Part shown: positions 12,475 through 22,448 of the stretch, in pieces
How positions within the stretch are numbered: position 1 is the stretch's first letter
Layout of the letters: each line of letters opens with the position of its first letter
Assembly (NCBI GenBank): GCA_030704615.1
Contig: CM060733.1
Coordinates: 33,852,001 to 33,916,000, forward strand
Length of the DNA stretch: 64,000 nt
Source: Takakia lepidozioides
Lineage: Eukaryota; Plantae; Bryophyta
Reading direction: 5' to 3'
Made by a program: the position numbers and the translations under genes
Notes under the pieces: generated by a model
What the model was told of the DNA's origin: nothing
Seen by the model: the letters and a program-made list of their open reading frames with translations, nothing else
The model's database searches: none

Positions 12475-13460
12475 CGGATGAAGGCATATGCATTCTGGAC
12501 TTGTTTGGCGGGATCAGCACTGGATTGGCTGCAGTACTGCAAGCAGGTGTACGACTTCGACGTTACCTGTATGTGGAGAGGGATGAGACTGCACGACACG
12601 TCTCACTGCGCCATGTTGCTCAGTTGGTACAGCAGTACCCTGATTTGTTGCCAGTGTCTGCAGTTCGTGGATACCAACAAGCCTTGCCAGCAGACATTTT
12701 GTTGCTGGGGGCGCAGGATTTGGAGCGGGTTGGCTCCATTGATCTGGTAGTGGCAGGTTGGCCCTGCCAAGGGCATTCATCAGCCGGGCATGGCAATGGA
12801 TTGTGAGACTCGAGGACGGGTCTGTTTTGGGAGATGGTGCGGGTTTTGCGCCACTTGCAGCTTCATCAAGCTGTATCTCCAGTATACATCTTGGAGAATG
12901 TGCCACTGATGGGCGATTCTCGGGCCAAGGTGATGGCAAGTGTGCATCAAGTCCGGTCGTGGCTTGGGTCAGCAGTGTTGCTGGATGCAGCAACAGTGCG
13001 GTCATGGGCTCATCGTCCACGGCTATGGTGGACTAACTTGATGCCACCCGCACTGCTCAAGCGTGCATTTGATGGGGTGCAGCGGCCAGCACACCTCACA
13101 GTGGATAGCATTTTGGACACAGGGAGGCAATCTCAACGTGTGAGACACGACGACCGTTTGCCATTGGCAGTGGTCAACAGGGTGGGTCAACCACGAGCAG
13201 CATTACCTACACTGCTCAGCTTCCCAGGATCCCATGCTTTTCGGGATGGTGGACCTGGCCTCTTGTGGGATAGCCAGTTGCAACAATTAGTGGAGCCCAA
13301 TGCTGACGAGCGCGAGTGGGCAATGGGTTTTACCACTGGTACCACGGCGGTGCCATCTCTTTCTGAGGCATCACGTCGTCAGGTGTTGGGGCAAGCAATG
13401 GATCTCAATTGCTTGACCTGGATTATCAGCTTGGCTATGGCTGAGCAGCGCAGAGTACGG
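12475..13460 (+). pseudogene. DNMT3-like C5 cytosine DNA methyltransferase domain within the polyprotein
   Basis: Motif I LDLFGGI (12495), II YVERD, IV DLVVAGWPCQ (catalytic Cys 12765), VI ILENV (12894), VIII AHRPRLWWTNL (13008), IX/X ERE(W/R)AMGF..T..RRQVLGQAM. One TGA at 12804 and a frameshift at ~12470. Confidence 0.95.
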
Positions 13461-13733
13461 AGTACACTTCCCTTCATGGTCTCCTTGCCTACCGAGACGG
13501 TATAGGCAGCGAGTGGGGGCGAGCAGGTGAGGACCACGAGGTGCAGGCCGCATCCATGGCACACGTGGGAGGTGCTCGAGGTTCAGAAGGAGTTGGCAGC
13601 CAAGGTGGCGGTGATGGATCAGGTTGGGGATTTTTCTCGGGTTGAGGAGATCCTCAAGGATGGGATGACGGGGCATGATGAGACATTGTCACTGACAGAG
13701 GAGGTAGTGGTCACTGCTCAAGAGGTTGCAGCA

Positions 13734-13742
13734 TAGCAACCA
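13734..13742 (+). promoter_or_regulatory. Candidate programmed stop-codon readthrough signal UAG-CAA-CCA
   Basis: Matches UAG-CAR-YYA. Identical in E2 (minus strand, 5314-5306) although the adjacent codons differ. RT continues in frame. Confidence 0.65.
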
Positions 13743-16700
13743 CGAGACGCGTCTTCTACCTCTAAGCCTGCTGGACTCAAGGTTGCAGTCACGGAGGACA
13801 ACTGCGAGCCTGATGTTGGACCTATAGTCACCAGAGAAGAGAGACGACGTATACGGCGGTTCTTGAGGGCTTACAGGAACTGCTTTGCCTTCAGTTTGAA
13901 GGACTTAGGAGCACTGAAGGGTCAAGAGATTCGCATTGAATTGGCTACTGACACGCCAATCTTTCGGAGACCCTATAGATACAGTGACATGGAGAGGTCC
14001 TTGATTCAGATGAGAACTCAGGACCTTTGGGAGGCTGGTTTGGTGGAGCTATCTGGGGGAGAGTATGCTTCAGCCACAGTGATGCCAGCCAAGAAGGATG
14101 TCTATGGCAATTGGACGGAGAGACGTATGTGCGGTGATTACCGGCCTGTAAATCGTCAGACCAAGTCCGATAGGTATGCCATGCCGACACCAGAGGAGAT
14201 CTTTGATGCCATTGGGCATGCCAAAGTCTTTAGCACGTTGGATTTACGATCCGGATATCACCAGTTGCCGATCAAAGAGGCGGATAAGCAAAAGACGGCG
14301 TTCTGGGGGATCAATGAGCACAGGAAGGATTGTCTATACCAGTGGATTGTCTTACCATTTGGACTTAAAAAAATGCTCCTGTGTTATGGTGGAGGAGCAT
14401 GAGAGACACCTTCAGGTGGTATTTGAGCGCTTGAGGGCGCACGGATTGAAGTTACATCCGGGAAAGTGCAAGTTTTTCCACAACCAGATTGAGTATCTGG
14501 GTCACATGATATATCCTGGAGGATTGGGGGTACAGCACACTAAGGTAGAGTCCATTGCACAGATTCCACGCCCCACGGATGTGAGCCGAGTTCGAGCTTT
14601 CATGGGGTTAACAAACTATTATAGACGGTTTGTTAAGGGATTTAGTGCCATTGCAAAAGCTCTAACCAAGCTGACCAAGGTGGACCAGGAGTGGCAGTGG
14701 GAAGATGAGCAAGAACAAGCTTTTCAAGAGCTCAAGGCAAGGTTGACCTTGGCGCCCATCTTGAGACGACCTATCAGGGGGCGTCCTTTTCAGCTGCATA
14801 CAGATTGGAGCATGTTGGGGCTTGGAGCGGTGCTCACACATGTGGATGATGAGGGAAGAGAGTTCGTAGTGGCTTATGCTAGCCGCTCGAACAACGCGGC
14901 AGAGTCTAAGTATAGCTCATATGAAGGAGAATGCTTAGCTGCAGTGTGGGCCATGGCACACTTCAGGTGCTATCTATACGGCAATCTCTTCACCCTTGTC
15001 ACGGATCACCAACCACTCAAGTGGTTGATGGAGTCAAACAAGCTTACGGGGAAGCTTGCACGGTGGGCACTCATCCTTCAAGAGTATGACTTTCAGGTTG
15101 TGCATCGACCGGGTTTGGTCAATCGCAATGCAGATGGGTTGAGGCGCAATCCATGCACGAGCCAGCAGGATGACACTGGAGCTTGGTGGCATGGTGAGAC
15201 GGACGAGGAGATGGTGCCCGGATGGCATGCATCTGCATTTCTGTGTATCTTGGCAGCGGAAGGCCAGGTTGGACCTGCAACAGGGATGATTGTAGATCAA
15301 GTGTCTGAGGACCCTGAGGCCAGCAATGAGCAAGGTGGCGCCAAAGATATACATGAGGATTCAGCTGTGTTGGACTATCTTCGCACTGGAGACACGGCAG
15401 CCACTGTGACTGCCAATGAGAGGGATCGGATCCTACAACGAGCCAAGAGGTTCAAGTGGGAGGGGACACACCTGCTCAGAATGTGGGAGGATGGTCGAGT
15501 GAGGATTATGCCTCACCCAACACAGCGGGCACGGTTAGTGCGGCATGCCCATGAGGAGTTGGGGCATTTTGGGGTGCGACGCACTCATAGTCTACTGCAA
15601 GGGCAGTATTGGTGGCGTGGTATGCACACAGAGGTGCAACAATTTGTGGCTAGGTGCATGGTGTGTGACAGGGTGCGTGCTTCATTCAATGCCCCTACTC
15701 CACAATTGCACCCTCTTCCGATCATGGGATTGGGCTACAGGTGGAGTCTTGACTTCGCGGGGCCGTTGCCACTGACCATGCACAACAACAAGTACGTGTT
15801 GGTGATGGTGGAGCACTTCTCCAAGTGGATCGAGTTGGTTCCGTTGTCTGATAAGGCTAGTGAGGGAGCTGCGTATGCATTCTTGGATTGTGTACTTAGC
15901 CGCTTTGGTGCTCTAGCTGAGGTACTCACGGACCAAGGGAGAGAGTTCTTGGGGGAGTTTCAGGCTTTGCGTGATAAGGCCTTGATAGACCACCGCACCA
16001 CTTCTCGGGATCATCCTGAGGCCGATGGCTTGGCAGAGAGAGTTGTTCAGACAGTAAAGAGGGGTTTGAGCAAGTATGGCTTGCAGAAGGGACACCTAGG
16101 AGATTGGGACCTTCAGTTACCCTGGTTAGCCATGGGCTACAGGTTCAGCAAGGAAGCATCACTTGCCTCCTTCTCACCATACTTTCTTCTCTTTGGCCGA
16201 GAGCCGGATTTGCCTACATCCATTCGTAGAGAAGCTGCTACAGTTCTTAACCTCGACGATCCGGACATGTGGGCACGTGCATGTAATCAGCGTGCAGAGT
16301 TGTTCAAGAAAGTCATGCCCATGGCTTTCGAGAACCTTGCCATTGCACAACATCGTGATACGTTGAGGTATGCTACCATACGTGGTGGAGGCTATCGTCC
16401 TGGGGTTCGGAGATTCAATCCTGGTGACTATGTCTATCTGCAGCAGACTGCTCCTACGACCTTGGATGTGACTGCAGGACGTGTTATTTTGAGGGTTCGA
16501 GAGGTCTTGCCCTCAGGCGTCTTGATCTTGGAGGGTCGGGATGGCATAACTTGGAAGGACCATGTGCGTAATTGTGCGCCATGTCACCTTCCAAATGTCG
16601 ATGGCAGGATTGACCCAAACTTGACAGTGGTACCTACAGGCTTGAGGTGCATGTTGTGTGGGTCTGCTAGAGGGGCAGCCACCATGCTAGTATGTGATCG

Positions 16701-16791
16701 ATGCTCTAGAGGTTGGCATATGGGATGCTTGATCCCACCTCTTGAGATGGTTCCTGATGGGGATTGGTTATGTCCGCATTGCATTGAATAG
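13737..16791 (+). pseudogene. pol: pol: RT (YIDD segment deleted at ~14375), RNase H, integrase (HHCC, DDE), C-terminal PHD finger
   Basis: PYRYS, MCGDYRPVN, LDLRSGYHQ, PFGLK; LHTDWS, YASR, TDHQPL; HEELGH..CMVC; SLDFAG, TDQG, GLAER. PHD CMLC..CDRC..WHMGCL.PPL..VP.GDWLCPHC at 16648-16782. Frame is open from ~14390 to 16791. Confidence 0.95.
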
Positions 16792-17040
16792 TGGGAGTGG
16801 ATGCAACCATGGGAGGCTAACAAGAAATGTAAGGCCAAGCTACTAGGAGACCTTGAACACACGAGATTCTGGCTCAAGTTCACAGATTGCAAGATGACGA
16901 CTAACGATGGGGCTACTCTTGTACCCGGCCTCTTGGTCTCTAGAGTTTGAGTACAACAGGGACAGTGATAGAGGACTTAGTACGGTTGTGGCTATTACAT
17001 CTTGTAGCTATCTGGAGTTAGAGGGACCTATCCACCAGCT

Positions 17041-17136
17041 AGGGGGGCGATTGTGACAGACTACTTTATTGTGCATATATGTGTGGTGTGGTTTGGACAG
17101 CGATGTAGTTGTGTAGCGATATGTATGCGCACGACA
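17041..17136 (+). other. Polypurine tract plus 85-bp terminal segment (TGTG...GACA)
   Basis: AGGGGGGCGAT at 17041-17051, then TG at 17052. The segment is homologous to E2 3535-3619 and both lose similarity at GCACGACA. Confidence 0.8.
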
Positions 17137-19800
17137 CCCCACTCGATTGACCACCGCCAAAGGTGGACGATCATCATGTCGCATTCTCTGTGGTTGCCTC
17201 CCTTGGTCCAAAATGCCTCAACCGTGAGGTTGGGTGGTCGTTGAATGGAATCATAGGCTCTCTTGAGCAGCTCTAGTGGTGCAAGATTGGTCCACCACAA
17301 TCGAGGTCGATGCGCGCGTGACCACCGCTGCTGCATCCAATAGCACCACCAATCCAATCCAAGACCGCACCTGATGCATACTGGCCATAACCCTGGCCCG
17401 ATTATCTCCTATAAGAGGAACATTCTCCAAAATATAGCCTAGAGGTTGCACTTGCCTCGTCTGCAAGTCCCGCAATGCTCGCAACAAGCTGCACCTTGCT
17501 TTACAGCACCACCCACTGGCATTTCCCGAGCCATACCAACTCTCCCCAATGACACTTATGGCTCTGCCTTTGACACACTTGGGCGAGCGGGTGCCATCGA
17601 TGGCGTAGTTGGCACTGTCTCAACCAATGTAAAGAACTGTGGAAGCCTTGTCTGACAACTTGCTTCCCCCCTTTGTGGATCAAAACCCACATCCGCTCCT
17701 CTTGGCTCAGGAGCACTCATTGCTGCTCGAGTGACAGCAGCAGTAGAGTCTAATACATGCAATGGTCCTACAAGTGCGGCTCCCCACATGAAGCCCATAC
17801 CAATCTGGTCTTCCCTAGGCATATAAGGTTGTGCAGGTGGGGCCTGAACCTCAGGCCTTGGAGCTGGCGCAACATGAGTAGTGGCCATGGCAGCAAGACG
17901 TTGCTCTAGTTGGGCAAGTCTATTCACCATGCTTTGATCATGACCTTGATCCTGACCCTGTACTCCTTGGTCTGGGTTACGACCTCCACCACGACCTCTA
18001 CCTCCTCTCTGGACTACATTGCCTCGTCATCGGCCACCATTGTTCCTTTGGAGCAGGCCTTGCCGTAGCTCATGATGCAAGCCATAACAATGGGCCTTCT
18101 CATGCCCATACTTTCCACAATGCCCACACTGTAGTTGTGTAGGCTGTGCCTGTGCCGGCCCTTTGCCTCTCTCCGGGCAATCCTTCTTGAAATGGGGTCC
18201 TCCACAATCCCAACAAGTCACACCCGATTGTTGTTGGCCTGAGAATGAAGGAAGAGACCTCTGCATCTGAGATCCTCTCTGTCCTTCCCTCGGCTTCACC
18301 TGAGCCCCCTTGTTGCCTTGAACACGTTGGGATAGTGGTTGTTGTTGGCTAGGAGCCCCACTTCGTTGTGTCTCCTTGCCAAACCCCACCATAACCACTC
18401 GCTCCTCCACCATATTGAGCTCTATCTGCTCTGCCAGCAAAAACACATTTGCTAAGGTGGGTTGGTCCACTTGTAGGAGAGTTGCATCTCGCACCCTTCT
18501 TCTTAGCTCCTTGTCCAGGATCCCATACCAGAACTGGACTGCCTGAACTTCTGTAACCCTTTGGGTTACGTTTATCAAGCGTTTCATGCGAGTGTAAGCC
18601 TCCCTCAAACTCTCAGTAGGCTTGCGCTGGAACTCTTGTAAGCTCCGTAATTTCTCCGTCCTTATCCCCTGATAGTTTCTTCTCAACTCCTCGAAGAACT
18701 CCACAACTGGGTTAAAGGCAGGCACGGGTACTAGCGCTGCAGCAGGAGCTTGAGTGGATTTCCCAGCTCCACCTTTACTTGTCCCAATACTACTGCTTGC
18801 AGTTAGGGATGTTGGTGTAGCTGTTAGTGTCGCCGCTGCCCTTGTGCCTCTAGTGATGGAGATATAGTCAGGTGACCAATACTGTCATCACTCCTCAATC
18901 TCCACCTCATTTCCCCGCCTAAACTCATGGTAGTCATCCATAGGCGGCCCTTCAAGGTGCTGAAACAGCCCCTTCCACGCCATAAAAGGCGTAAACAGTT
19001 GTGGATTGTGCATTTGCTACAAATCACACCAACTATCAAACTCCTGTATGAAATCATCAAGCTCGATGGTGCCCACAGCTCCAGAGTACCGACGTGGCCC
19101 CTTTGTAGCTCCATACATTTCCTCCATCGTATCCCACAACAATGGTACGGAAATGGCTTGCACCCTCGACGAGAATCCTCCTGACTCCGAGTCTGAACTT
19201 TCCTCAGAAGACACTTAAGGTGAAGGTGGCCTAAACCACACACCTCGTCTTGTGTACCCACTAGTATCGCTGGTGCTCGTACCGGCACTCCCCTCAGCAA
19301 CTGGTGGCACCTCCGTGATGAAAACTCACAACCCAACCGGTTGTCAACCTGTCTCTAATCCCCACTTTCTACAAGGTAACCGGGTAGAGAACCTGTTGCG
19401 GCCTATGGCTTAGACTAGTACTATGTTCGTAACATAAACCTGCACCTGCACCTGCATCCACCGTAAGCACTCCTATGGTCTGCTGGTCATCAACCCAGCC
19501 TCACCATAAGATAACAATGATGGTCTGATTGGTCATCACCCCAGCCTCACCACCGACAGCACGCTCTAGGATTGACCGGTGATCAAATCTGGACCAACCT
19601 CCTATGAAAACAAACGCCCACACAAAGCTAACATGGCGCACAGTCAAACATGCAGGTATGGAGGGGATCCAAACACAAGAAAATCAAGACAGTAACTTCC
19701 CCACACCAAAAACACTCCACAGTGTCGCTCCTGCAATGACACCCCAGCCCAAACCCAGACTGACTCTTGCCTCCACCTATGGAAAGGTTTTGGCCTATGG
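17137..19800 (-). mobile_element. E2 5' half: leader, gag, internal deletion of PR and DNMT motifs I-V, then DNMT motifs VI-VIII
   Basis: gag ORFs 19017-19214, 18027-18725 (two zinc knuckles) and 17556-17930. Junction at ~17490 into YILENVPL and RAHRPRLWWTNL. Ends at the E1 insertion. Confidence 0.93.
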
Positions 19801-21526
19801 AGATGGTGAAAGACTATGGAGAAGAGAAACTAAAGCAATTCCTAACCCCAGAATGCTCTCATCCCACCACTCTCCCTCCTGTCTCTATCCACTCGCTTGT
19901 ATGGTCGTGGCAAGTATCCTTCAAATATCCCTCAATCAATCCTTCAAGAGCTCTTCAACATTGTCCACCAAAGCTCTTCGAAGGGTCCTCCAATACTCCT
20001 CCAAGGACCCCAAAGATCCTCCAAACACTCCTCCAAGGGCCCTCAAATATCTTCCAAACAATCCTCCGAAGGCCCTTAAATTTCACTAAGTCCTTTCAAT
20101 GTGGATACCTTAACAGAGGTATAGTTTGAGGTTGATAGGGTCCCTCATGTTGATGATATCTTTACAGAGGTATAGTCTGAAAATGAGGGTTCTGTTTGGT
20201 ATACTAACAGAGGTATAGTCTGAGCTGATTAGGGTCCACATATGGTGATACCTCAACAGAGGTATAGTCAAAGGGACAAGCTCCTGTTTGATATACTAAC
20301 AGAGGTATAGTCTGAGCATACACTACTAGGGTTTGTAACGAAGAGCTAGAATGCAAGTCCTTGACTTCTATGCTTCTACTCAAGCAAAAATATGGTCTCT
20401 AGGTGGTCATAAGAGACATCTTCTTGCTCTCTTCCACCCCAATGTGCAACCAAGAGTGGTCCAACTCAACTTGCAAGTCATTGTCCACCAAATCAATCCC
20501 CCTTCTAGTCCTTGGGATTTGATTGCAAACTACCATATCTCCATTGCCGAGCAATCATGCATTTGTTTCCTCATCACTTGACAATTGCTCCAAATCAACA
20601 CAAATTATCTCAATGTGTAGGAGCAATGCTTGTCACTTATAATAATGCTCCCAAGCAATCCGCCTTGGATCCCACTCTCACGCCATATGCCTCATTTGGG
20701 GTCTTGCACCGATCCATCATCCATGTGCTCCCCTTGGTCATTTGAATGCATGTTCCATGACCTCTTGGCCTATGTGTTGCTCTCCTTCATCATAACATGA
20801 ATCAACGCCTCTTCACTTCACACACAAATGGATCTCAAGGCCTTCACCTCTTGCTAGTTCAAGAGCTCCCCTTCTCAAACTTGAACTTACAAACTCAAGA
20901 GAGCATGTTCCACATATGCACCACTTACTTGGTCAACTATCCACCACAAAGCTCGCACGACCAAGAGCATGAATAACCAAGTATTGCCTCCCCCTTTTGT
21001 CACATAACATAGTTAGGGTGAAGCTATGCATACATTGAATGATGATTTCCCTTCAAGGATTTTCCACCATATGTTCTCCAAGCCCTTCCAAATGGCGCCC
21101 TAAACTTGGCTCCACACCACCATGATTGGAAGATTTCTTCATATGCTCCCTTTCAAAACCTCTTGAGCTTCTTAGTGCTCTCCAAGTGCTTGCCCTTGTT
21201 GTCTTCAAGCCCAAGTATATGTAGCTCCTTGGCTTCTCTTCCACAACATCCACACTTTCAACTTGCTTAACCCTAGCTTGACAGTAAAATGAGCACTAAC
21301 AAGCCTTTAGTCACTCTCCACAAGCCATGGCACACACCATTGACTCCATAATGCATACAAAGGATTCTCAAACCCTAGAATCCATGCTTCCACACACACA
21401 AGACTTCCTCCTTGCAATCCTTGCAAAATCTTGTGACTCAAGAGCTTTATTCTCAAGCTCTCCAACTCCTTGGTGCATGCAACACTCGAACACCTTTCAG
21501 CAACCCCTTGCAAGCCTTGTGATACA
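19801..21526. repeat. LTR-like non-coding repeat DNA, probably the 5' region of E2; right boundary unresolved (21283 or ~21526)
   Basis: Strand-biased, repeat-rich, no convincing coding frame. Includes short CTCC/TCCAA repeats (19980-20070) and the array at 20104-20316. Confidence 0.45.
20104..20316. repeat. Five copies of ACAGAGGTATAGT in a dimeric tandem array
   Basis: Copies start at 20113, 20164, 20207, 20256 and 20299 (spacing 51/43/49/43). Alternate spacers resemble each other. Confidence 0.9.
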
Positions 21527-22448
21527 AGAGCTAAATTCTCCTAGCTCGGTGGATGTGGTTGTGGGTTCAAACCACGGTCTGGTGTGTCATGAAGGTGTCC
21601 ACCTTTCAGCTGGAAGGCGGTGGTGAAGAGACACCATAATTTACGCTCCCTCGGGGAGGCGTCTATATATATATATATATCCGCTAAGTACATGATATAC
21701 ATCCAGTCACTCACACAAAGGAAACCCAAGGGCCGCCCCAATTTTACAAGTTACTTCTCAATCCAAGTACCATCGTTGCATTGACCACAATTTCCATTCC
21801 AACTGCCATTTCTGACTAGGCACTGCATATGATCATGCAAATGTTTCTACTATCTGAAAGGCGGCTTCCGTATCAATCAGGCCTGAATTCCACACCTAGG
21901 CACCAACTGACAACCTCAGTGAATGCATGCTGGCTTTACCCTATTCCACCCGCAATGAGCAGACATACCCATCCAATACACTTGCAGTGCACAGCCCAAC
22001 TGGGCAAAAAATGACAGAGCTGCCCTCAGTATGTGCAAAGCAATACAGTCTAGGAAATCAAGCACAGCCAAGGGCTACTCATCTTGCGATGCTACTCCTA
22101 ACTTACAAGCCTTCAGCAGATGTGCACACTACGAGTACAGAGTTGGCTGTGCGTAAGCCCTGGTGAATACTTAATGGAGCTGGCACTGATCCTGGTCCTT
22201 CCCGGTCTAAAGCAGAGCTAATTCCTTGTCCTACAATACAGCAAAAGTGGCGGCGTTACAGACCCTCATAACTCGGTTACTCCAGACCATGATTTGCTAG
22301 CCAATATGGGCCGGGAAGAAATTTTGAAAGATGCCGCAAAGTTGTTGTTGTAATCCTCCAACCAATATGAGGTGGAAAATTCAGATTGGTGAAACACTTG
22401 AGTGTAAAGTTTTTGGTTGAAGGGTTACAATACCCAAATGTCTATATA

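Larger units (their letters stand above)
5937..17136 (+). mobile_element. E1: 11,200-bp Ty3/gypsy-type retroelement encoding gag-PR-DNMT-RT-RH-IN-PHD with 5' cargo; degenerate
   Basis: Starts TGTC (5937), ends GACA (17136), flanked by CCCC at 5933-5936 and 17137-17140. Removing it and one CCCC restores E2 codons VVNRVG|QPRAALPT. Domain order PR-RT-RH-IN is gypsy type. Confidence 0.9.

Noticed and set aside
12475-13460. Host DNMT3/DRM gene or bacterial restriction-modification methylase
   Set aside because: Intronless, colinear with PR and RT in one polyprotein, present at the same position in two element copies; motif order is not DRM-permuted and no nuclease partner is present.
10044-13505. 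Other in-frame stops as readthrough sites
   Set aside because: None has a CARYYA context, and those comparable with E2 are sense codons there.
14176-14385. N-terminus of the 871-aa ORF as genuine protein
   Set aside because: It is an off-frame reading of RT joined to pol by the deletion/frameshift at ~14375.
20104-20316. CRISPR-like array
   Set aside because: The core is only 13 bp, alternate spacers are homologous, there are no cas genes and the context is eukaryotic.
3525-21288. GTAAA 5-bp TSD defining E2 as 3530-21283 with a TGTCAAG 5' end like E1
   Set aside because: Attractive, but the TSD length differs from E1's 4 bp and the DNA beyond 21288 does not continue the LINE frame. Left as an unresolved boundary.
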